A DNA stretch of 33,727 nt from Planctomycetota bacterium (GTDB lineage: Bacteria; Planctomycetota; GCA-002687715; DRQF01), in assembly GCA_027001995.1 (NCBI GenBank), contig JALTLO010000179.1:1-33727 (forward strand). Direction: 5' to 3'. Numbering within the stretch: the stretch's first letter is position 1; every line of letters begins with the position of its first letter. Of the stretch, positions 26,486 through 33,727 are shown in pieces. The notes beneath the pieces are model-generated. The model was not told the origin of the DNA, did not search any database, and saw nothing but the letters and a program-made list of their open reading frames with translations. The position numbers and the translations under genes were made by a program.

Positions 26486-28770
26486 GTAAGAATGCCGACA
26501 AAGTCAAAATCACTGTAGGTTTCGAAGATCACCTGAAGGAAATCTCTGTCAAGATCAACGACAACGATGTCCTCCCCTATCAACCGACTGACTCCTTCGA
26601 TGAAGTCGGCCAAGATCGAGACCGTTTGGATGCCATTGCCAAAGTCACCGGCGCCGCCCGGTATACCTTTGATCGTAAGTTAGATGGCATGGTCTATGGA
26701 CGAATTTTGCGCTCACCCCACCCCCATGCCAAAGTACTTTCCATCGACTCCACGGTGGCCAAGAAAATGCCCGGTGTCAAAGCAATTATCGAATTCCATG
26801 AGGTCTTTCGCACCCGGGCTGTGCGCTACGTCGGCGAAGGTGTGGCCGCAGTCGCGGCGGAAACAGAGGCCCAAGCCGAAGCCGCCATACGCGCCCTCAA
26901 GGTCGACTATGAAGTCCTTCCTTTTGCTGTAACCAAAGAAGATGCCATGGCCGAAGGCGCCCCAGCGGTCGCTTCTCCCAATAGCAGCAATGTGATCGCC
27001 CCCAGAGCTTGGGGACGTAGCGAAAAAGAGCAACAAGCCCACCTCGAAGATCAAAAAGCAGAAACCGACGAAGCCTTCGCCGAAGTGAAACACGTCGTTT
27101 CGGGCAACTTCTCCACCCAGGTTCAAGTCCACAACGCCTTAGAAACGCATGGTGTCGTTTGCCATTGGCAGGGAGAAAACCTCAAGATCTATGCTTCCAC
27201 CCAAGGAACATTCTCTTGCCGCGGCCAGGCCACCAGCTCGAGAGGGCCGATCAAAGCCCGCAATGCTCGGGTTTTGTCGGAATACGTTGGTGGGGGTTTT
27301 GGAGCTAAGTTCGGCCTGCGCCGCGAAGGTGTCGCCGCTGCGATTTTAGCGAAGAAAGCCAAACGCCCGGTTCATCTGATGCTCAATCGACGAGAAGAGC
27401 AAACAGACGCTGGCAATCGCCCAGATTCTTATCAAGAGCTGAAACTTGGGCTCGACTCCAAAGGCCGTATCCAGGTCATGCGGGCCCATAGCTGGGGAAC
27501 AGCCGGCCCGGGACGCAGTGGTGCCGGTGCCAGAAATAGCATCATCTACAATATCCCCAAGATCGACAAAGTTGAGTACAACGTCAGGACCAACTGTGGG
27601 GAAGCTCGAGCCATGCGTGCTCCGGGTTTTCCTCAAGGAGCCTTTGCCTTGGAAAGCCTCTTAGACATGGCCGCAGACGAGGTTGGTATCGATCCGGTGG
27701 AGTTGCGCAAGCGAAATGATTCTCATCCGATCCGCTTAGCTGAATATGACATGGGTGCCAAAATGATCGGCTGGCGCAAGAACCGCAATCGTAACCCCGG
27801 TGGCGGAAAAGGGGCAATCAAGCGGGGCTTGGGCTGCGCATCCAATGAGTGGTTCGCTGCTGGAGGCCGGGGGGCAGCCTGCCTCATTCGTGTGAACAAG
27901 AACGGCCATGTTGAGGTCAGAAGCGGTGGCCAAGATATCGGCACTGGACTGCGCACGATCATGGCCCAAGTGGCGGCTGAAGAGTTAGGACTTGGTATCA
28001 GCGACATCGAAACCTTCATCGGCGACACCAACGATCCACGATGCCCGGGCTCTGGAGGTTCGACAACAACACCTTCGTTGATGCCAGCCGTTCGAATCGC
28101 TGCTCACAGAATGGCCCAAGAACTTCTCACTTTGGTAGCCGAAAAACTGAAGTGGGACATAGAAAAGCTGACCTTCAAGAAAGGTGCCGTCGTTCGAAAA
28201 GACGACAAGAAACTTAAAAAGACAGTGACTTTCAAACAGGTCTGTGCCCTCATCGAAGGAGAAGTACTGGAGATCAACGAGAAACGCCTCGCTAACTATG
28301 GCGGTTTCTCCAGCACCAATAGCGGCGTTCAGTTCGCCGACGTCGAAGTGGACACCCAAACGGGCGTGGTCCGCGTCAAGCGCATGGTTGCCGTCCAAGA
28401 TTCTGGTGTCATCTTGAATACGAAAACGGCAGAGAGCCAAGTACGGGGGGCGATCATTCAAGGAGTTAGCTACGCTCTCTTCGAAAATCGCGTCATGGAT
28501 CGACAAAAGGGCCACATGCTCAACGCCGACCTAGAGAATTACAAAATCGCCGGGGCCTTGGAGTGCCCTGAAATTGAAGTGAAACTTCTCAACGTATTCA
28601 ACGGTAAGAACAACACCAGCTCTATGGGTATCGGCGAACCGCCCATCATTGCCACAGCAGGAGCCATCGCCAATGCCGTGGCCAATGCCATTGGTGTCCG
28701 GGTCATGTCTATTCCGATCACACCGAAAAAGGTCTTGGAGGCCCTGAAGAACAAGGGGAAAAGAAAATGA
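26482..28770 (+). CDS. Molybdopterin-binding large subunit (PaoC/YagR-like)
   Basis: KVTGAARY, RSPHPHA, VGGGFGAK, AMRAPG, DIGTG, GSGGS, SQVRGAIIQG, GIGEPP (catalytic Glu); ATGA overlap. Confidence 0.93.
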   Translation: MSKNADKVKITVGFEDHLKEISVKINDNDVLPYQPTDSFDEVGQDRDRLDAIAKVTGAARYTFDRKLDGMVYGRILRSPHPHAKVLSIDSTVAKKMPGVKAIIEFHEVFRTRAVRYVGEGVAAVAAETEAQAEAAIRALKVDYEVLPFAVTKEDAMAEGAPAVASPNSSNVIAPRAWGRSEKEQQAHLEDQKAETDEAFAEVKHVVSGNFSTQVQVHNALETHGVVCHWQGENLKIYASTQGTFSCRGQATSSRGPIKARNARVLSEYVGGGFGAKFGLRREGVAAAILAKKAKRPVHLMLNRREEQTDAGNRPDSYQELKLGLDSKGRIQVMRAHSWGTAGPGRSGAGARNSIIYNIPKIDKVEYNVRTNCGEARAMRAPGFPQGAFALESLLDMAADEVGIDPVELRKRNDSHPIRLAEYDMGAKMIGWRKNRNRNPGGGKGAIKRGLGCASNEWFAAGGRGAACLIRVNKNGHVEVRSGGQDIGTGLRTIMAQVAAEELGLGISDIETFIGDTNDPRCPGSGGSTTTPSLMPAVRIAAHRMAQELLTLVAEKLKWDIEKLTFKKGAVVRKDDKKLKKTVTFKQVCALIEGEVLEINEKRLANYGGFSSTNSGVQFADVEVDTQTGVVRVKRMVAVQDSGVILNTKTAESQVRGAIIQGVSYALFENRVMDRQKGHMLNADLENYKIAGALECPEIEVKLLNVFNGKNNTSSMGIGEPPIIATAGAIANAVANAIGVRVMSIPITPKKVLEALKNKGKRK

Positions 28771-29747
28771 AATCATTCAAGATGGCCATGCCCAAGACAC
28801 TGGAAGGTGCTGTCAAAGTCTTGGGTTTCGACTTCGAGAAACGGCAGTTGATGGCGGGAGGGACTGACCTTCTGGGCTGTGTGAAGGAACACATTGCTGA
28901 ACCGGAAGTTGTCGTCAATCTCAAAGGAATCCCTCACCTCACGGACGTGGTCAAGACCGAAACTGGTGTCGAGATCGGCGCTCTCGTGAAGCTCGACGAT
29001 TTGGCCAACAACAAGGAAATCCAGCAAAGATGGCCAGCTTTGGCCCAAGCCATCGCACAAACCGCGACCCCACAGATTCGCAATGTCGGGACGGTGGGAG
29101 GCAACCTCTGCCAACGCCCCCGTTGTTGGTACTACCGCGACGAGAATTACCACTGTTCCAAAAAAGGGGGCAGTACTTGCTACGCCTTGGAAGGCGAAAA
29201 TGAATACCACGCGATTTTCGAAACGGGCCTTTGCCAAATCGTGCATCCATCTAACATGGCCGGTCCTCTCATTGCCTATGACGCCCTGGCAGAGATTCAA
29301 AGCCCACAAGGCACACGTCAAGTTCGATTGGAGAAATTCTTCATATCTCCCGACATGAATATCGAACGGGAAAACATTCTTAAGCCCAATGAGATCTTGA
29401 GCAAGATCCTCATCCCCAACTCCTCTGCCAACAAGAATTCTTGCTACTACGAAACACGAGAAAAACAGTCTTTTGACTGGGCTCTCTGTGGCACCTCCGT
29501 CAGCCTCAAACTCAATGGCAAGATGATTCAAGAAGCCCGAGTTGTTCTCAACGCCATTGCCCCCCGCCCCATCCGACGCCTTGATTTGGAGGCGGCCCTC
29601 ACGGGAAAGAAGGTTTCCAAAAGACTGTTCAAGAAGGTGGCAGATATGGCTGTCCAAGGGGCCACACCTTTGTCCAAGAATTCCTACAAGATAGAACTTC
29701 TGAAGGTCGTGATAGAACGCTGCCTTTCGGAAGCAACGGAGGCATAA
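28767..29747 (+). CDS. FAD-binding subunit with 4Fe-4S insert (PaoB/YagS-like)
   Basis: AGGTDL, ATPQIRNVGTVGGNLCQRPRCWYYR...C.KKGGSTC...C.IVHPS. Confidence 0.93.
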   Translation: MKSFKMAMPKTLEGAVKVLGFDFEKRQLMAGGTDLLGCVKEHIAEPEVVVNLKGIPHLTDVVKTETGVEIGALVKLDDLANNKEIQQRWPALAQAIAQTATPQIRNVGTVGGNLCQRPRCWYYRDENYHCSKKGGSTCYALEGENEYHAIFETGLCQIVHPSNMAGPLIAYDALAEIQSPQGTRQVRLEKFFISPDMNIERENILKPNEILSKILIPNSSANKNSCYYETREKQSFDWALCGTSVSLKLNGKMIQEARVVLNAIAPRPIRRLDLEAALTGKKVSKRLFKKVADMAVQGATPLSKNSYKIELLKVVIERCLSEATEA

Positions 29748-29748
29748 A

Positions 29749-29988
29749 ATGACGAAGAAATCACAATCCCAATTTTTGCCCCCAGACATCTGCCCAATTC
29801 TGCAGACCAAGTCCATGGCACTCAATACCCACTATGAAGCCACGGAGTTCGAGGCTCGGGCTCAATCGAACGTGGCCATATTCTATTGCATGCAAACCAT
29901 GACAGCCTTTGGCCCGGATGACGAAGATGTGGGCCCGGCAGAATGCCGTAAACATCGAGGATGCTGGTGTGGCGACCCTGAGATTTAG
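29749..29988 (+). CDS. Small Cys-rich hypothetical protein at the end of the molybdoenzyme operon
   Basis: GGAGG SD; starts 1 nt after the upstream stop; CPILQTK...FYCMQT...GPD...EC...RGCWC. Confidence 0.7.
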   Translation: MTKKSQSQFLPPDICPILQTKSMALNTHYEATEFEARAQSNVAIFYCMQTMTAFGPDDEDVGPAECRKHRGCWCGDPEI

Positions 29989-30194
29989 GGGAGCCCCTGC
30001 TGCCATCATCGATCATTTGCTGTTTGAGAAGCAAAAAAGTGTATATTGGATCGTTACATCAGTACATGACTGTCGCTTTCATATGACCAAGAGATTCATT
30101 GCCTAACGCCCATATGTGCAATGTATTTCTTGGCAACGACTTAACACCGATGTGACGAACTAAATGTCGGCCGATGCGCCGAGTAGGATCTGCC

Positions 30195-31646
30195 ATGCAC
30201 AAGTATTCTCTCTATACACTATTGCTTTTCTTGACGGCATTGCCATCTGTTGCCCCAGCGCAAAATGAAAACCCCGGCCAAATGGTTCAACAGGACCACC
30301 AGTTGGCATTCTGGAACATGCGGACCTACGGAAAGTCTGGCTACTACGAACTGTTTTCACCTTCAGAAGAAAACGCCAATGTCGGAGTCTGGCAGGTTAA
30401 TGGCCCCAACAGTCCAGCGCAACAGATCGTGACCGTAGACGGGCTACTGGGCTTCGCAATCCCAGCCAATCGCCCATACGCAGTTGGTATTGCCATCGCT
30501 CAGCCTCTTTATGACAACAGCCCTGGCGAAATCTGGGAAGACTTTGGCAAGAAATTCGACAACCCCCAAGCCCTTCCCTTGTCCGCCAATCCACCGGGAT
30601 GGAGCAGTATCAACGCTAACCAGTTCACCCACATGCCAGATCAGGACATTTGGCAAATGGTGAGAGGCGATCCATTTACTCTGAGCAATTGGTCAGGTAC
30701 CTTCCCTGGCCTTTCCCCAGTGAATGGGGAATCCCCATGGGGATTTGCCACCCCTCTAGGTCCGGGTCGTTTCTTTGACCAGGCTCGGCCCTTTCTTCCA
30801 AGTCTTCCCCCCAACGTGGGCCCAGGAGGCGGCAATCTCGTTGGCATGAACCTGGTGGTGCAAATCGGTGTTTTGGATGCCAATTCCTCGACTCCGGGGG
30901 CAGCACGATTTTCATTGACCAATGCTATTGGGATCCAAGCCATGGCTGGTCCGCCCATCAAACTCAATGGCAGCTCTGGCGGCAACTGGGGCCCACCTCT
31001 TTCCCGCATCGACTTTCGAGTCACAAACCCGAACAACGACATGAAAGTGGCTGTGCCTCTCAGCACCGGCGGCACTGCCATCCTGCCCGTCAAGATAGAA
31101 AACGGCAGCCAAGTGTCTTTTCGCCTGCCCCCCAGAGCGGCGAGTGGCCAAGTCTATTTCACCACCTCTTACGGCCCCGTTGGCCATGTCCGCCAACCGA
31201 TGACAGTTGTAACTCATGGTCCAGTCCAGGACTTAACCGTCGGCGGAATTCCTAGTTGGACTGTCGAAACAAGCTCCGACGGTACGATTATCTTGGGAAC
31301 CTCCGTCCTTGGCAACATTGGGGCCACCTCAAGCAATACGTTGACGGTTCCCGTCCCTCCTGCCATCACAAACTATGATTTAGAGGTCAGGGTCTATCCC
31401 CTCAATCGAGCCAACTTCTATGCGGGGATAGGAACAACTGTGCCCGTCAGTTTAGGAATAGGCCCTGTGGGAACGTTGCCGAGCAGCGTCCCCTTTGCTC
31501 CCACCATTAACCTTCTTGGCGACAATACTGTTGTCTTGGAGCAGTGCTTTGACAACGTCACGGGCCCGGTCGATCTCACTTTGACCACAACTGCTCCCCA
31601 AGGATTTGATTTCCTTGCGGTCGTGCGAGCCATCAAACGACCTTAA
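30195..31646 (+). CDS. Secreted hypothetical beta-rich protein
   Basis: AGGA SD; signal peptide ending APA-Q; Pro/Gly/Thr-rich; IPT/TIG-like segment SFRLPPRAASGQVYFTT. Confidence 0.7.
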   Translation: MHKYSLYTLLLFLTALPSVAPAQNENPGQMVQQDHQLAFWNMRTYGKSGYYELFSPSEENANVGVWQVNGPNSPAQQIVTVDGLLGFAIPANRPYAVGIAIAQPLYDNSPGEIWEDFGKKFDNPQALPLSANPPGWSSINANQFTHMPDQDIWQMVRGDPFTLSNWSGTFPGLSPVNGESPWGFATPLGPGRFFDQARPFLPSLPPNVGPGGGNLVGMNLVVQIGVLDANSSTPGAARFSLTNAIGIQAMAGPPIKLNGSSGGNWGPPLSRIDFRVTNPNNDMKVAVPLSTGGTAILPVKIENGSQVSFRLPPRAASGQVYFTTSYGPVGHVRQPMTVVTHGPVQDLTVGGIPSWTVETSSDGTIILGTSVLGNIGATSSNTLTVPVPPAITNYDLEVRVYPLNRANFYAGIGTTVPVSLGIGPVGTLPSSVPFAPTINLLGDNTVVLEQCFDNVTGPVDLTLTTTAPQGFDFLAVVRAIKRP

Positions 31647-31861
31647 ACAGGTATCCACAAGCGAGACCGCAAGAGCTCATCGCCCATAGGACCATATCAC
31701 AGAGAGTATTTTGCATTTACCCACCGAATGAAGTCATCAAAGGGTAGATGAATAATGCGCCCATGCCCCGCAAGTGTTAAGAACTATGCCTGTCATGGTC
31801 GAAAAGACTCAAGAGATTTGGGACAAAGTAATTGCGTCAACAGCTTAGTCGGAGAAGTCGG

Positions 31862-33727
31862 ATGAACCTCATTTCCCGCACCCTCATTCTGATGGGTGTT
31901 TTGGCACAGTTTGCTGCATCCCAAACCCAATCTCCCCGAGGGCCGCTCTATGACGTCGAGAAGTCTCGGGAAGCCTTCGCCCAAAGCGTGCCAAAATCTT
32001 CGACTTTTGACATTGTCCTCATCACCATCGATGCTACTCAGATCGATCGTTTCCAACTTTTCGGCGGCAAGAATCCAGTCCCGATGCCCAACTTGGATAA
32101 GTTGGGAAAACGAAGTGTGGTTTTCGCTCAGGCTTATAGCCCGAGTCCCCACCGTCAAACCGCCTTAGTAGCCATACACCACTCCCTCTATCCCACAACC
32201 ATCTTGGGCATGGCGAGCACGGGAAACACGGAATCACTGGCAAGTGCTCTGGCCGATGCGGGCTATGGTGCCACCGCAATTTTCCGCAAGACTATTCTGG
32301 ATCCCAATGGCGAGCCCATCGGTTTCATCAACAATCGATTCGATTTCGACCGCCGCCGCTGCGCCAGTCGAATCCGCCTTCAAGATATTCAAGCGACTTT
32401 CGCCCAAAACGCAGAACGGCGCCGTAGTGGCGAACGCCTCTTCATGTGGTTGCATATCAATTGCCCGACACCACCATCGCGGTTCCACCCAGGTTTTCGT
32501 TTGGGCTCAAGTCCAGATGATCATTATCAGGCTGCCTTGCAGTACGCTGACACTGTCGTAGGCGGGGTCTTAGACGACATCCAAAAACGAGGCGGGGAGA
32601 ATCGGACCATTGTCACTCTCGTTGGTGTCAACGGGATTCATGACATCAACAACACGGCCCCTGGATATCGCCAAGATCAACTCAGCGAGAGAACACTCCA
32701 CGTACCCCTCATGATTCACGTTCCCGGCATTTCGCCGACGCGGGTGGAGAGCTTGGTAGAAACCGTCGATGTTGCCCCCACACTTCTGGACTTTGCCGGG
32801 ACGAAAACCCCTTGGAGTTTCCAAGGGCGTTCCCTCCTACCCCACATAGCGCCGGGAACGGCAACAGAAGAAGATCGGGCGGTCTTCGCCACCCATTTGC
32901 GCTGGGCCAAAGACACCAAGAGAAACACAATTCAAAGGGTCAAGAAAGGAGACTGGACTCTTCACTACGGTCCGACCCTGCGGCCATCAGTCTTGAGACG
33001 AGGCAATGACCCGAGCAATCGAATCGCTGAATTTCCGGACAAAGCCAGGGAGCTAGGCATTTTGCTTGAGAACTTTCAAATCATGAACGAGTGCAGCATT
33101 TGGCTGTGGAGCAAGGGTGAGCAAAGGGCCATTGACCTCGCAGGAGCAGACGGTGACATCGCTCGGGCACGGTTCTTTAGCAGACGTGGTGATGCTCGAG
33201 GGCCGAAAATTGCCTGGGAAATCGTCAAACGCGGGACCGCCAATCTCAGTGAGGCCCTGACCCTGCTGGTCAACCAGGCGACTCAAGATGACGAAGACCA
33301 TCTCTTGCCCCTGTTGGCCCATCCTGATCTCAACGTCCGCGCACTGGCAGGAGCTCTCTTGCTCGGTGGTTCCAAGAGTGAATCGGCCATGGACTACGTC
33401 TCAGCCGGCTTGCGAGAAGAACTCTCTGTTTCCACTCACAGGGCTCTCCTCAACGCGCTCATTGCCAAACAGCCGAAAGGCGCGGAAGAAACCTTATTGG
33501 CCTTTCTCCCAGAGGGCGAGAATAAGGACGAACTTGCGGCCATCAAAGATCTGGCTTTAGCGAAATTAGGAAACGAGGAAGCCATCTCGCGCCTCCCCAT
33601 GCGTCTCCTGGCCCAAAACACGAATTACAACCGCCTGCCATTCTTTCACTTGCTCAAGAAACTCCAGCCAGAACGGTTCACCGGCATATGCGAGATCATC
33701 CTCTGTCACGGCAATAGCGACAAAAGC
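31862..33727 (+). CDS. Sulfatase/alkaline phosphatase-fold protein (degenerate active site) with C-terminal HEAT-like helices; 3' end outside window
   Basis: Not in the ORF track because there is no stop in the window. Manual translation gives 622 open codons from ATG 31862 (GGAG SD): signal peptide, DIVLITIDA, PNLDKL...VVFAQAYSPSP, LADAGY, FMWLH, LHVPLMIHVPG, VDVAPTLLDFAG, FQGRSLLP, then LLPLLAHPDLNVRALA. Confidence 0.85.
   Translation, partial: MNLISRTLILMGVLAQFAASQTQSPRGPLYDVEKSREAFAQSVPKSSTFDIVLITIDATQIDRFQLFGGKNPVPMPNLDKLGKRSVVFAQAYSPSPHRQTALVAIHHSLYPTTILGMASTGNTESLASALADAGYGATAIFRKTILDPNGEPIGFINNRFDFDRRRCASRIRLQDIQATFAQNAERRRSGERLFMWLHINCPTPPSRFHPGFRLGSSPDDHYQAALQYADTVVGGVLDDIQKRGGENRTIVTLVGVNGIHDINNTAPGYRQDQLSERTLHVPLMIHVPGISPTRVESLVETVDVAPTLLDFAGTKTPWSFQGRSLLPHIAPGTATEEDRAVFATHLRWAKDTKRNTIQRVKKGDWTLHYGPTLRPSVLRRGNDPSNRIAEFPDKARELGILLENFQIMNECSIWLWSKGEQRAIDLAGADGDIARARFFSRRGDARGPKIAWEIVKRGTANLSEALTLLVNQATQDDEDHLLPLLAHPDLNVRALAGALLLGGSKSESAMDYVSAGLREELSVSTHRALLNALIAKQPKGAEETLLAFLPEGENKDELAAIKDLALAKLGNEEAISRLPMRLLAQNTNYNRLPFFHLLKKLQPERFTGICEIILCHGNSDKS

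Noticed and set aside
25850..29747. Aerobic CO dehydrogenase (coxLMS)
   Set aside because: The active-site loop is AMRAPG, not AYxCSFR. The Tat signal and 4Fe-4S insert point to a PaoABC-like enzyme, and the substrate cannot be assigned from sequence.
28773..29825. 350 aa antisense ORF
   Set aside because: Shadow of the well-supported FAD subunit gene, with no recognisable motifs.

Overview
A 33.7 kb bacterial chromosomal window; the protein content suggests Planctomycetota (inference only). Left to right: the 3' end of nagA; a membrane-anchored carboxypeptidase-regulatory-like (Ig/transthyretin-like) repeat protein; a minus-strand block of exported proteins (an S8 subtilase with seven FG-GAP repeats and Glu in place of the catalytic Asp; a DUF3179 protein fused to a catalytically dead HtrA/trypsin-like domain and read through an in-frame UGA with a SECIS-like hairpin, i.e. 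a probable selenoprotein; a matrixin/M10 metalloprotease with a translationally coupled small partner); a second carboxypeptidase-regulatory-like protein; a DUF455 ferritin-like/ATP-grasp fusion directly downstream of a prepilin; a divergent compact T2SS/type IV pilus operon (ATPase, platform, pseudopilin, three alignment-type proteins, secretin); tRNA-Asp(GUC); two tandem ~232 bp TA-flanked MITE-like palindromic elements behind pckA; pckA; a Tat-exported PaoABC/xanthine dehydrogenase-family molybdoenzyme operon with a small Cys-rich ORF; a secreted hypothetical protein; and a degenerate sulfatase-like/HEAT-like protein running off the right end (absent from the ORF track). The main leads are the Sec-recoded fusion, a shared 'G..xxQ...(S/T)N' module in three exported proteins near a T2SS-like operon, the E-H-S subtilase, and the pilin-linked diiron/ATP-grasp enzyme.
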